NCBI GenBank assembly: GCA_950097015.1
Contig: CATNEN010000039.1
Span: 14,570,001 to 14,634,000 of the forward strand
Direction of reading: 5' to 3'
DNA from: Macrostomum hystrix
Taxonomy: Eukaryota > Animalia > Platyhelminthes
Length of the DNA stretch: 64,000 nucleotides
This document shows, one piece after another, positions 12,357-25,174 of this stretch (position 1 is the first letter of the stretch; each line of letters starts with the position of its first letter). The notes below the pieces were generated by a model that searched no databases, had not been told where the DNA came from, and worked only from the letters and a program-made list of their open reading frames with translations. Made by a program: the position numbers and the translations under genes.

Positions 12357-13030
12357 GATGAGAATAGCTACTCACAGTACGGGTTGGTGAGTATGAGAAC
12401 AGCTACTCACAGTACGGGTTGGTGAGTATGAGAACAGCTACTCACAGTAGGGGTTGGTGAGTATGAGAATGGCTACTCACAGTAGGGGTTGGTGAGTATG
12501 AGAACAGCTACTCACAGTAGGGGTTGGTGAGTATGAGAATGGCTACTCACAGTAGGGGTTGGTGAGTATGAGAATGGCTACTCACAGTAGGGGTTGGTGA
12601 GTATGAGAATGGCTACTCACAGTAGGGGTTGGTGAGTTTGAGAACAGCTACTCACAGTAGAGGTTGGTGAGTATGAGAACAGCTACTCACAGTAGGGGTT
12701 GGTGAGTATGAGAATGGCTACTCACAGTAGGGGTTGGTGAGTTTGAGAACAGCTACTCACAGTAGAGGTTGGTGAGTTTGAGAACAGCTACTCATAGTAG
12801 GGGTTGGTGAGTATGAGAACAGCTACTCACAGTAGGGGTTGGTGAGTATGAGAACAGCTACTCACAGTAGGGGTTGGTGAGTATGAGAATGGCTACTCAC
12901 AGTAGGGGTTGGTGAGTATGAGAACAGCTACTCACAGTAGGGGTTGGTGAGTATGAGAATGGCTACTCACAGTAGGGGTTGGTGAGTATGAGAATGGCTA
13001 CTCACAGTAGGGGTTGGTGAGTATAAGAAC
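12357..13030. repeat. 35-bp hairpin-forming minisatellite (GAGAACAGCTACTCACAGTAGGGGTTGGTGAGTAT)n
   Basis: About 19 units; each carries the internal inverted repeat TACTCAC...GTGAGTA. Confidence 0.95.
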
Positions 13031-13456
13031 TATGCTCACTAGTAGCTTCTCATACACGGAAATAGTGAGCATGATAATAAATTGATGAGATCAAATGGGT
13101 TGATGAGAAGCTACAAATGAATTTCAGTTGTAACACTGCCTAATCAGCATTCCAGAAGCTTACGTAAAGCAACTCAGGAAAAAATTAATTAGCGAATAGA
13201 ACCTTAATTAGTAAGGATAAAAGAAACAAAAAAATTGGTTTGTGTCAAAGACAAGACTCTTATTTATAATGCTAGGATTTGACCGAATAGAAATAACAAT
13301 CTTAAGATGTTCATTTCAGATGCTAAAGAAAATTTGGCTTTCTTGAGAAAAAATAATTGAGATTGTCAACTTTTTGTCAAACCTTTCCGTAGAAGCAACC
13401 ATTGTGTCGTCATCGTAGCTATCCGACATTTGCAAGCCACAAGAGTCACTGCAATT

Positions 13457-13457
<1 letters not shown>

Positions 13458-13541
<84 letters not shown>

Positions 13542-13542
13542 G

Positions 13543-13641
<99 letters not shown>

Positions 13642-13642
13642 G

Positions 13643-13705
<63 letters not shown>

Positions 13706-13738
13706 GAGATAGATAGATAGATAGAGAGATAGATAGAG

Positions 13739-13778
<40 letters not shown>

Positions 13779-13832
13779 TGATAGATAGATAGATAGATAG
13801 AGAGATAGATAGATAGATAGATAGATAGATAA

Positions 13833-13876
<44 letters not shown>
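13458..13876. repeat. (GATA)n microsatellite, about 100 units
   Basis: Directly visible. Confidence 0.99.
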
Positions 13877-14750
13877 CAGACTTACCAGAGTAAGTACTAT
13901 AATTCAGCAGTCCTCAGCTAGTAAATTTCCAAGCGAATTGCAGCACAGACTAGGGTCGCCAATATTTCTATTATCGCACCCGACTTTCAGCAGCCAATCA
14001 GACTGACTGACGAATCATACAGTCAGAGCTGTTCTATCTCCGGACTGCGTTCCATAGAAAGAGGACATCAGCTGTGCATAATCCGGCGCTTTCATAGAAG
14101 AGAGAGAGGACTCAGGATGTGGGGTGACACTACGCTCGTAGCGCCCATACTGACTAGCTATTACCCTCCCATTCGCAGCTGCCATTGAATAATGAGGATC
14201 TATTCTTACCTGAGCGGATTGTGACATCGTACGGTACTTAATACTGGTTGAGGATGACTGCAGGCGCATCTCTTGAGTACTGGTCCGCTGAGTAGGGGAC
14301 TGTGCATAAGGGGACCTTACCTGAGCAACTGTTCGCTGATTCCCATCTCATCTCCTGTTGTCTTCGTCGCCATCCTGTTTTCCTATAGCCAGCATAAAAA
14401 ATATCCGCTGGAGATGACTCTTTATCACGCTTGAGATGAGAACCACCCAACCTGTCCACTCCTTTCTAATCGATTTCTAATCCCGCACCGCGAGTCATGG
14501 AAATTCGTGCCTCGCCATCTGAAAGCCAAAATCAATGGTTACTAAGGCTAGTAACCATTTTGCAGATAATTTAATTGAAAATATAGGAAGTTACGTGTCT
14601 TGCGCAAGCTAAAAAATGTTTTCTTTGGGCTGCGATTCGAACTCCCGACCACGCGATAAAAATTTCATAGCCCTTACCACTTAGCTACAAGCTAACTTTG
14701 AGAAAAAGTAGGCAGCTTGTTTTTATGAAATTAGAAACACTTTCTAAAAA

Positions 14751-15390
14751 CCTTCCAGAGTGACCCCACCTTCCAGAGTGACCCCACCTTCCAGAGTGAC
14801 CTCACCTTCCAGAGTGACCCGACCTTCCAGAGTGACCCGAAACTTCCAAAGTGACACCACCTTCCAGAGTGACCCCACCTTCCAGAGTGACCCGAACCTT
14901 CCAGAGTGACCCGGCCTTCCAGAGTGACCCGAACCTTCCAGAGTGACCCGAACCTTCCAGAGTGACCCCACCTTCCAGAGTGACCCGACCTTCCAGAGTG
15001 ACCCGACCCTCCAGAGTGACCCCACCTTCCAGAGTGACCTCACCTTCCAGAGTGACCCCACCTTCCAGAGTGACCCCACCTTCCAGAGTGACCCCACCTT
15101 CCAGAGTGACCCGAACCTTCCAGAGTGACCCCACCTTCCAGAGTGACCCCACCTTCCTGAGTGACCCCACCTTCCAGAGTGACCCGAACCTTCCAGAGTG
15201 ACCCGACCTTCCAGAGTGACCCCACCTTCCTGAGTGACCCCACCTTCCAGAGTGACCCGAACCTTCCAGAGTGACCCGACCTTCCAGAGTGACCCACCTT
15301 CCAGAGTGACCCCACCTTCCAGAGTGACCCGACCTTCCAGAGTCACCCGACCTTCCATTGTGGCCCGAACCCTCTAGAGTGGCCCGAACC
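14751..15390. repeat. 18/19-bp minisatellite (CCTTCCAGAGTGACCCCA)n
   Basis: About 35 units. Confidence 0.95.
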
Positions 15391-15596
15391 TAATTTTTTA
15401 TGTTTGTATTGCCTAGCGTTAAAAAGTAAAAAAACGCTAAATTTGAAGCGCTAAATTTCCTGATATCCTACTAAAAGTAGAGAGAAACGGAAAGATAGGT
15501 CTTTTGATTTTAGAAATAATTAATGACGCAACAAGATGACCATTCTTAGCAGATTCTCAATCTGCTACTAAACTCTCATAATATTAATATCCTTCA

Positions 15597-15809
15597 TTTG
15601 CGCGGCGCATCTGAAGGCTGTTCAGTCCATGGACTGGGGGGGGACGCCACACCCACCCTCAATTACCCCCAGCTAATGCTGCTACTTAGCTAGTATTTAA
15701 CAGCTGGGTGAATTGAAGCAATGCAGAACTGAAGCGTAGTGCTTCAGTTGAGTCGGGAATTAAACCCTTCAATTCATGGGTCTGAAACCGTTCTGAACCA
15801 CTAGGCTAC
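15597..15809 (-). mobile_element. tRNA-derived SINE family B
   Basis: Minus-strand head TGTAGCCTAGTGGTT (A box) ... GGGTTTAATTCCCG (B-box-like), central CACCCAGCTGTTAAAT, tail CAGATGCGCCGCGCAA; shared with 18884-19066 and 63390-63470. Confidence 0.7.
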
Positions 15810-16018
15810 AAGCGCGTGCATGAGGTTTGCCAATTAAAAATCAGACAGCTTGGCGTGCGAATAATGGTGAGCAATTTGAAACGAACAATGCATTAAAAAT
15901 CAATAGAAGTAGAGGAACAATGATAGGCTGAACATAAAATGACAAGGTAGGGACTGCAAAGTCGTGAAAGTCACTGCAACTCCCCAGGCATTGATTATCT
16001 GAATCATAGACTGCCCCG

Positions 16019-17817
16019 ATGAATCTCACCTGTCTATTGCTCTGGTTGAAGTTTTTGTACCTGCATGGAGTTGTTCTACTGTGGATTCCAACAGCAGCCG
16101 GCTCTGGTAGGTCCCGTACTCAGATATGTACTCACTCGATGTGCGCTCAATAAAAGCGACTAAAAAACACTAGTTTCAATAAAATTTAATCTGGTTTTCC
16201 AAACCGTTTATTAACCCCAATTTTAGAGTTCTCAAGCGAGATGACAGCTCCAGTAGCGGCCGCTGTGCTGACGTCATCAACTGGGCAGAGTGAGATTGAG
16301 TGCGCTGCCGAGTGCGCCGCCAACTCGCCAGGGTGCGACTGTCTCGCCAGCGCGTACGTCCCAGCAGCGGGGCTCTGCCTGCTCTCCACGCAGTGGAATG
16401 CCGACTTCTCCGCCGCCACGCCCGACAGCAAAGTCTACCGCAGACGATTCGAGAATGTCTGTGAGTCCTGAGGAAGGTCCACGTAAAGGAGGCATTTCAA
16501 ACACCAACATTTTTTGTTTCTGTATCTCCCAAAATATTCAACCAATCGCCATGAAATCGATCGGGTGCTTCTGTTGAAGGTCCCGACGGTCGCCATAGAA
16601 TGAGAATCGGTTGAGATCGGTTGAGACGGCGATGAAGGGGACCCTGGTGACTGAGATGCTGAGAGAAATGTCCCTACACCTGATTGACATTGCCTATGGA
16701 ACGAACCAGAGACAATGGTTTCTGGTTAAAAAAATAGTTAACAATAATAGCTGACATTATAAAAATGTGTGACCAGGAACATCATGCCTATATTGTTGGT
16801 TTCATCGGATAGAGCAGAAAAATTTTTATTTAGTCACTGTTCTCATGGATGATTGGTTGAATATTTAGGGAGATACGGAAGAACAAAAAAATAAGGTAAT
16901 TAAAATACCTCCATGAATTGAAAAACGTTTCATTTAAAAAAGTTAAGGAGGCTATTTTTTTCGTCGAAAAATACAGAACTGAGTTCGCTCGGTTCTCACT
17001 TTTTTACCACATAAATTGTGATCGTCTTTTTTATTGAAAGATGATCCAAAGCTGTTTTGTGTGTTTAAAGAATTTAACATCCTTTCCCAAAGAAAGCTTC
17101 GCAGATACTGATGATGCAATAAAAAATGAAACTAATATAAAAAATATTTTGCACTACAAACCTTAATTGCATTAAGACGGAGGACGCGCACCAGCCGCTT
17201 CGGTCAACGGACAGCCGTATCAAGTCATTCAGCAGCGTAGCAGCAGCAGCCTGAGCTTTGCTAGATGCTGGACAGAGTATGAGAAAGGTTTTGGATACGG
17301 ACTCAACTTCTGGGCTGGTGAGTTCAGGGACGTCCGGGATCTAGGATTTGTTAACCGGTCACACATTAACCCGTCGAGACTGGCTTTCAATTCAGGACTT
17401 CGCACGATCAACGAGCTGACTGGCAGCACGCCGAGGACCCTGAGGATCGAGGCCGTCACCTGGTCGGAAGTTTTCTTCGTGGGCGAGGACTCCGGCTTCT
17501 CAGTTGGCAATGCCAGCAAGAACTACATCATGACCTTCAAATCTTACTTAAACAGCAGCTCGAATATGACTGCCGACTCGCTGAAATTGCACAAGAACAA
17601 GCCTTTCTCCACCATCGACCAGGACCACGATTCCTGGAAACTGTCCTGCTCGCAGTCCTGGGGTGGCAGCGGCGGCTGGTGGTTCAACTCGTGCACCGAC
17701 TGCAACCCGAATGGAATCTATTTCAACTCGAGAGTGAAGAGTGGAAAGGGACTCATCTGGAAAGGTGTTGACGATGAATATTCTCTGAGAAGTATCCGGC
17801 TGATGCTGCTGCTTTAG
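16019..17817 (+). CDS. Secreted PAN/Apple-domain + fibrinogen C-terminal domain (FReD) protein, 294 aa
   Basis: Exons 16019-16106 (signal peptide MNLTCLLLWLKFLYLHGVVLLWIPTAAG), 16227-16460 (PAN: ECAAECAA..CDCLASAY..CLL), 17177-17317 (VIQQR..SFARCWTEYEKGFG..FWAG) and 17396-17817 (LRTINELT..PFSTIDQDHD..C..GGWWFNSCTDCNPNG). All introns are phase 1, GT-AG. Confidence 0.88.
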
Positions 17818-17874
17818 TTGCTGCGGTTAAAATAACAACTTTTATTGAATTTTTGTGCATCATTTTGCAACAGT

Positions 17875-17965
17875 CGACGCCAAACAGACACCCTGCGCAG
17901 GCACACCCTCACACAGGGGTGTACATCTGCCCTGACTTTCACTGATCGTCAGGCAGGGTACACTC
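17875..17965 (-). mobile_element. SINE family A fragment
   Basis: GTGTACATCTGCCCTGACTTTC..CGTCAGGCAG shared with 3945-3975. Confidence 0.6.
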
Positions 17966-18690
17966 TCTATGTGCTTATAGCTCCTTTATTGGGTAACTTA
18001 ACAGCAGAACTACTTTCGTCTTCGTCTTCGGTGGTCACCTAACTTTATCTAGACGGACTGCTAGACCATCAGGGACTACAACAGGTGGAACTAGGCCACT
18101 ATGGACACCTGACGCAAAGTTCTCCAATTTCGCTGATCAAGCCAAAATATTAGGCGCAGCTCAACCACGTACAGGACACCATCGCCTAGTCTGTCAACCT
18201 TCCAACGCTGTTAGCATTCGGGCGCTGCCATAAAGAATATCAGGAGGATATTACCCCCCTTGGTATAAAAACGGGCGGCAAAATTCCTACTTTTAAGACA
18301 CCGTAGCGGTCAGATAGGGTTATAGTGTTTGTGCAAATTTTGTCTTTGCCGAATTAGACAAGAATGAAAAGCATGCAGAGTAGTCGTGCAAATATGCATT
18401 AAAATATTTCGGCTAATAAATTGACTGAAACTGTGTTATACCAATCGATTAGTTATTTTTCGATTAACTTTGTCATATTTAGCAGGAAGCTATAGTGCAA
18501 ACTCTAATTCCACTGTTAGAATCTGTCACCATGCTGTTGCTGTGGGAACTTGGTCACCTGCGCAGAGCTCTTTAAGACCAATGTATGCCACAACTTGCTA
18601 TAAGCAGATTATTTAAACAACAATTAGCTGAAATTTCGAGTCAATTTGGTATCTTGGCAAGAATAGAACCGAGTTTGAGTATCGCTGAAA

Positions 18691-19998
18691 ATGAGGCGAC
18701 AGATCCTGTGTCTTGCAGCTCTAGCTGCCACACTGTGCTGCATCTCCGCCTATTCAATCGAACGAATGGATGAGCAGAGTTACGAGGAAGGTAAGATCAC
18801 CGCTTTTAATTTTTTAAGCGGGCAAAAGTTTTGATTTTTTTAGCAAGAAATAAACAAAACTTGCAAAACTTAGCCATACTAACAGCTATTGCGCGGCGCA
18901 TCTTAAGACTGTGTACAAATGTTCAGTCCATGGACTAGAAATTAAGCTGATGCTGGTACCCATTTAACAGCTAGGTAAACTGAAGGAATGCAGAGTTCCA
19001 GTGGAGTCGGGAATCGAACCACCGACCTTTTAGTCGTGACTCCGATGCTTTTGCCACTAGGCCACAATCTAGTAATCCAGAGAAGGCAAAATATTAACCC
19101 GAACGCACTCCTGTCGAAGCAGCCGTCGCGACCTCGAGCATCATCATGCCGCTCCCGGCCAGCACACTGAGCACCGTCCAGGACCTGCTGCTGACTTACG
19201 TCAATCAGCGCCAGGTGGCTGCACCGGCCGGTGTGTTCTGCAACACCTGCCTCTTCAGGGCCTGGCTGCGTCGAGTTGGCGGCGGCCACGGCCGGCGCTT
19301 CGCCATTGGCAACCTGCAGACCGCCATGCAGGACTACCCGGTGCAGGTGCGAGACAAACTCAAGGTCCTACTGTTCACTCCTAGCGGTAGCACCAACTTT
19401 GAGAGCTTCAGGTGAAAAAATTATTTTATTTAATTTATCAAGCTCGATTCATTTAGAGAGTAACCTGTGAATATAAGGCTCGGGAGCTAGTTATGCAACT
19501 AACGACCAAAGCGACCTGGTGAGCAAACTAATGAGACACAAGTCAGCGTAGGTGTAAGGTGTACACATGTGAGTGTGTGTGCTCAGGAGTCAGCGGAATG
19601 GGAAGGATTGCCTCCTCGCTGGCTGCGGGTCTAGTGTCGCCAAATGGTTCATCAGTGCTGTCACATTTATTATTTTACACCAGAGACCTAATTATTGCAG
19701 TCTGGACATTCAGCAAACCTATGCCGTGAAGCGCTCCTATGTGGGAGTGGCCCGGCGGGTCAATGACATCGTGGACGTTGCCATCGTCTCTGCCGACCTG
19801 TCAGCCGCGCTGGTGCAAAAGTACATCACCCTGACCAGGAGGGTCTGCAAAAAAATCTGGTGGGTGACAAAGTGCACTACAAAGACCTACGTTGAACCCA
19901 GGGGCTACTATGCCAGCGAGATCAGCGCCATGACGACCATGCTGCAGTCGGAGACCTTCAAGCTGTTCAAGGAGTTCGCCGTCAAGCTCCCGGTCTGA
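18691..19998 (+). CDS. Orphan secreted protein, 228 aa
   Basis: Exons 18691-18790 (signal peptide MRRQILCLAALAATLCCISA, donor GTAAGA), 19123-19411 and 19701-19998; 687 nt, phases 1 and 2 consistent; GC3-rich codons. Confidence 0.8.
18884..19066 (-). mobile_element. tRNA-derived SINE family B (in intron 1 of the orphan gene)
   Basis: Minus strand: TGTGGCCTAGTGG..GGTTCGATTCCCGAC head; ACCTAGCTGTTAAATGGGTACC core; tail shared with 15597. Confidence 0.75.
19545..19680 (+). mobile_element. SINE family A 3' fragment (in intron 2 of the orphan gene)
   Basis: GTGTGCTCAGGAGTCAGCGGAATGGG..TTGCCTCCTCGCTGGCTGCGGGTCTAGTGTC. Confidence 0.65.
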
Positions 19999-20891
19999 AG
20001 TGTCATTGAGCAGCTGCATGCAGGGCTACGGATTCCAGCAGCTCTGAACATTGAAGAGCAAGTGGTGATGAAAACTAAAGCAAATATATGAAGCAGTTTT
20101 TGTGCTCGTTTGATGCTCTTGAGAATGTTCTTTTTTCTTTAATAGACTTTTTTCTAAGAATGATCGAAATCAAACCTCGCAAGTACAGTAAGAGACAGTA
20201 AGAGACAGCAAGTACAAAGTTTATTCAGTGACAGTTGCCATGTAAACCCATTTCACTAAGTCTCGCTAGCTCGCTAGCCAAAACATGAGGGTATTTGAAA
20301 TACCCCGCGGTTTACTGTTAAAAACTTGTCTCACAAGATCCTAAAAGGTCTGTTTACTTGCACTTATGACTCATGTTCTATTTTTAGCTGCAATTTCGCC
20401 TGTCCAAGTGTTCTTCCTCATACGGATGTGTGACGCGAATGCTATTTTTGGTAACAGACCCCTTCGTCGTGGGTCTGTCCATTTTGTATCTGACGTCAGT
20501 TTCCATAATTAGAAACTCACGTGACTCAGTTCTACCCCTTTTTATGCTAAAGAAACAGCGCTGCTGTGACGGTCAAGAAAGGCTCCGTTTTCTATCCCTC
20601 TGTGTATTCCCTACTAGTCTGCTATCTGAACCCTACTTCAATGATTTCAGATGGTGAGGCACACAAATTCCAGAAACTCTAATAGCTACAAACTCTACAA
20701 ACTAACAGTCTTGCCCAACGACGTTGTTTCCTTTATGCTGAGATTCGAACTCTCGACCAGTTTCGTTCGGAAGTCCTAAGCTGTTACCAATCGACTACAA
20801 GCTTCCAATGTATTAAAAAATGTTGTCTCAATGCAGAATAATCGCGGCCTTGTTAGGAGACTTTTTTAGGACAGCACTTACATAACTATAA

Positions 20892-21187
20892 TTATGCTTC
20901 CAAAGAGACAGCCTCGACCCTCAGGGTTCTGGGCGTGCTGCCAGCTCGTTGATGCTGCGAAGGCCTTGAAGCAAAGCATTTTTGATGCGACGAGTATGTC
21001 TATGACCAGCAACGAGTATAACAAATCCAGAATAGTTGCCGAGTTGTCTCACCAATCCAGAGGTCAGTGTCATTGCCGAAGCCGTTCTCGTAAGCAGTCC
21101 AGCTCTGTGCGAAGCTCAAGCTGCCCTTGAATCGCGATTGGATGACGACAAAGACCCTGCTGTCCAACTGTACGTAGATTGATTTTA
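20892..21187 (-). pseudogene. Fibrinogen-domain (FReD) paralogue remnant
   Basis: Exon 21187-21053 (VVIQSRFKGSLSFAQSWTAYENGFGNDTDLWIG) and exon 20964-20892 (GLRSINEL, then a 4-nt deletion, GSTPRTLRVEAVS, then truncation); same intron positions as the gene at 17177-17817. Confidence 0.8.
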
Positions 21188-21870
21188 CTGAAATAATAGA
21201 GTTTAAATTGATCCCAGTCTTGTGTACCTTCAAGATTTGCACTTTCTGCGGACTTAGTCAATTTACGAGTAATAATAGTTGGATAGGGATAGTTCTCAAA
21301 CTTTAGAAATTTTCAACTATCTTTGGAAAGTTTTTTACCCTGCTAAAAGTTTATGGGAATTCGTCAACTCCAGGTAGACTGCGCCAATGTTCTTTTAACA
21401 TCTAATTAATTAATATTCTTGAGATTGCGCAAAGCCTGCTAGTTAGCGCAACCTCGTTTTCAGGTTGTCCTTCAATTTCCTTTTATCCTTGTTGTTGCGG
21501 TTAATATTACAAATCAATATAATCGGGGGTTTCGCTGCTGCTTTCGCCAAGTTTTTGCCTCTCTCGTGATTCTTCGTTCGTGCTTTCGGGGCACTTATAA
21601 TTCTTAGTCAATAGAATGAACGACTTAACGGCTTAAACAACTCAAGCGAAATGAGGAGCGACTCATCGTTCGCATCCAAAACAATGGTCTAAGGAAAGCT
21701 GAAGCCATAGACCTCGAACTCGCAGATCTGAAGCGAGTCAACCAGCCGACTAAAAACCCGCAGCCTGCTTCCGTGGCCAGCGAAGGTTGATCAAAAGAAT
21801 TTGCCGGTGTTGTATTTGTTGTACTGAAGTCCATTCAGCTGCAGGATGAAGTTTCCCAGTCTCTCCGGGT

Positions 21871-22554
21871 GGCTGTGTTGGAGGCTGTGACAAGAACGGT
21901 ATTTTCAGTTCAAGTCTCACAGCAGAGGACAAAAGCCTTTTTTAATGGTGCAAGAAAATACACAGGTAACAGGAAAGCTAGCAAACTACTCGTAAATAGA
22001 AAACTTTCTTTCGCATACCATTTTCCTACCGAATATGCATTACCAAGATGACACAATTCGATCCATCCAAAGTTCATTTTTAACCTTTCAATTGCTACTA
22101 TTGTCATATTTGCAAAAAAATCTGCAAATTTTTAAGCGTGCGCAAAAAAAATTGTTAGAGGGGATTCCCCTTTAGGTAGTTCGACTGTTAAGGTGGGCTA
22201 AATATTTTTTGTTTCCTAAAAAAGTGTAACTGTCTTTTTTCTTCCGTTAAAAAACTTCAGAAAGTTCGCTCGAAGAAAAAGTACGATTTTTTGTTTTGCT
22301 GCAGGATAAAAACACAAAATTATTCGAAAAAAATTATAGTACATTGATTCGAGAATATCTGTGCAGAAATCATCACTTTGTTAACAATAATTAGTGGAAA
22401 CTGTAAATTTTACAGTAAAAGAAGAAAGTGCTCCGAAATTTGACACAAAAAACTTCACTTTCACGACGATTTCCCTGTTGAACCTCGAGCCGAACTCAAG
22501 GAAATGAATATCCGTAAGCCTCCATCTCGCACAATACAAATGAAATCGTTGTCA
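21871..22554 (-). repeat. Left arm of a ~685-bp inverted duplication (partner 27196-27881); includes the last ~19 codons of the F-type lectin gene
   Basis: Reverse complement of 27196-27881 with only a handful of differences over 21909-22554. Confidence 0.95.
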
Positions 22555-22599
22555 TTCACCATTAGGTTTTTCGCTGTAACTCCCCAACGAACAGAGGCG

Positions 22600-22800
22600 A
22601 ATTAGTTGATATTGCAAGGTCAACTGGTGGAACCAGTTCAAGAGTGGAAATACCTGGGATTTCACATGAACTCGAAGGGGAAAGTCGATACCCACGCCAT
22701 TGAAGTTAGCAAAAAGTGTGGCTACCCAACAATGTTTCTTAGGAAGTTGAAAGGGTTCCGAACCGTCAAATTTAAGCAGCTAATGCTGCTTACAATGGCC
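22600..22800 (+). mobile_element. Non-LTR retrotransposon reverse-transcriptase C-terminal remnant
   Basis: ILQGQLVEPVQEWKYLGFHMNSKG..H..EVSKKC..MFLRKLKGF matches the typical LINE motif 'VEQVSSFKYLG..H...KK...LYFLRKL'. Confidence 0.7.
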
Positions 22801-23081
22801 TAGTGCGCCTTTGTTTCCTGGAACTTGGGACCCTGTGTTTGAGGCTTAATAGAGAGAATTAATTTTAAGAACTGCAAGGCAACTCAATCGAAATACTGAC
22901 AGCAATAGAGCCCGATCAGAGCTTGGTAGACTGCCCCTTTTGTACGATGTGCAGAAAAGAAGCTTCCAGTTCTGGTCATCGCTATGTGACGTTGTCACTT
23001 GTTGAAAGCGCCACTAGCAATTTAATTTACGTGTTAATTTACATAGCTAATTTACGTGTGTACTAACTAGGGCCGTTTTAC

Positions 23082-23590
23082 TGATGTCATCTGGTTTTCA
23101 TCCATTTCTCAGTTTCGTATGGTTAAGCTGTAATTCTTAGAGTGTTACTGTTAGTAGGCGTTAGTGCACATCGCGCTGCCACAGCTTGGTTTTGCTAATG
23201 TCTAAATGTCGTCTGCCCAGATCAGTGTACTTACACGCTCATTGGCTGGGGCCAGTTTCTAGAGTTATCGATCGCCCTGTTCTGCAGTTTACTAAGCTTA
23301 TTTAACTAAGGGCTTTAGGCCCGCTCGCGCTCCACCTGTCCGGTCCTGTCCTGTCTTGTCCTGTCCTGTCCTGCCTTGTCCACTTGTCCACTCGTACACC
23401 TGTCCACTTCTCTGCCGGTTTGTCCCCATTGTCTTCTCGCGTCTGTCCTAGCTTCGCGCACTATTTCCTATCTTCGCCTCGCCGTGCCGTCATTGCTATT
23501 ACTATTGTTGAGCTCCTGCACCTTACTTTCTTTACTCTGCTTGTCGTGCGTCCCAGTGCACCACGATAATAAAGTGCTACCGCTACACCA
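23082..23590 (+). mobile_element. Possible solo LTR
   Basis: TGATGT...ACACCA imperfect inverted termini, TATTTAA box, pyrimidine-rich tract, AATAAA about 20 nt from the end; no target-site duplication found. Confidence 0.4.
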
Positions 23591-23619
23591 CTAAACTGGC
23601 CTGCGAAACGATGCGTTCT

Positions 23620-23850
23620 GTTCGCCTGAAAATCCCCTATGAAGACATAATTTGCCTTAAGTGCAAATACGGGGTAGAAAATGAAGCACGTTTTCTTTTC
23701 CTATGCATCTGGGATCCTTGAAAGGTAGTCAGGGAAATTTTCGTTGGAGACATTTCATCGATAGTGAAGAACTTTCTTAGTCTCACAGCTGAAGACAAAA
23801 GCCTTATTTTAATGGTGCTATCAGAAAAGCTAGCAAAGTACAAAGCAAAG
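23620..23850 (+). mobile_element. Degenerate LINE ORF2 3' end (CCHC-type knuckle)
   Basis: KIPYEDIICLKCKYGVENEARFLFLC; related inverted copy at about 27860-28060 (KIPYENRIYPKCKVQVGNEVHFLFRC) and a fragment at about 26230-26360. Confidence 0.6.
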
Positions 23851-24864
23851 ATTGCGAGACTGCAACTGCAGAAATAGTAAGTAAATATGTTTTAATATCC
23901 CAAACAATATCACAATGCGGCCATAATATTTGCGCCCAACTCTTTGTCAGCATAATTTTGTTGGTTCCTGTTATGATCTTTGCATTTATGTACAAACCAA
24001 TTAATATGATTCATTTCTATTAACTCTAACCATCTGGTTTAATTCTTTTACAATGTCACTTTTGTCATATTCTTCTGTTATTCCTCTATTTATTCTTATC
24101 CTTGTTCTGGTCGACCGTGAGGTTTCGAGCCTGTGTTTCTTGAGTCTTTGTAGTCTTGTTTTCTTTGTCTTCTTGGCAGCTGCTTGAGTTTGTCTGTTGG
24201 CCAATAAATGACGAGAGCGAATCAGATTACTTGATAGTAATAATCAAGAATCAATTCTATAAAGAAGTAGGAGAATATACTTATATGCAACTTATTGTTG
24301 AAACAGTTGTGTGATAGAATTTTAGAGATTTACAAAAACATAGTGAAACAGTTGACAATTCGATTTAAAACTCACACCAAAAGCGGGAGAGTTAATACCA
24401 TCACCGAGCAGTAGTAATAGTTGTCATTATGTATATCTATATATCCGCTACGAACGTATTAGTTAGTGGTAATTGTAGGCAAAATTGTAATTAAGAGGCG
24501 ATAGTGAATATAAGAAGTTTTGGATTTTCATTCACCCATAGATGATGTTGTTTAGGTGTGTTTGGTGTTGACGCCTTATTTTTTCCACCATCTTGCTTAT
24601 CGGCCAAAAAAGTTTTTGCAGTGGTGTGTAGGTAGTTGCTTCGGTCCGTTCCATCAACATGAGGAAGGTGTCGAACGCCGTTGGTTCTCCTGGACTTTCA
24701 GCAATATTGTGGGCGAGCAGTAAGAGCCTTTGACGATGTGCTTTTAAACGCCTTTGTATTGGCCATGATTTTATGTTACTCGTTAAGTCGTTTATGCTGG
24801 CCTCCTCGCAGTTAGTTGACGAATTGACGAAGGTGAAATTAATGGATGTACATGTAGAACACAC

Positions 24865-25174
24865 CTGCAACGCTTCGAATGTACACAGTGCACTGAGTTT
24901 CTGTGCTGGTCCAGTTGCTCCAGAAGTACGCATGAACGCTGAACAGGTGGCACTGGTTGAGCAGCCGGAAGAAGCCGAAGCAGGTGACACTTGAGTCGCA
25001 CAGGTAGGCGCATTGCAAATCAGACCTGTGTCCCAGCAGCTCCTGGCTCACTGATGCCGGAGCACTCAAGCTGAAGCTTCTGTCGATGATGAATTGAACA
25101 TCACAAGCGATCATGTTTTCTGAGCTCGCAGTCACCTGGACGACAGCCAGGCTGAACACGATCAGGAGGTGCAT
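24865..25174 (-). pseudogene. Signal peptide + PAN/Apple exon; paralogue of 26441-26741, with its downstream lectin exon disrupted
   Basis: MHLLIVFSLAVVQVTAS..CAYLCDSSVTCFGFFRLLNQCHL..SNWTS..CTVYIR; phase-1 donor GCAG|GTGTGT. Only the last ~19 codons of an F-lectin exon are found downstream (22554-22496). Confidence 0.65.
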
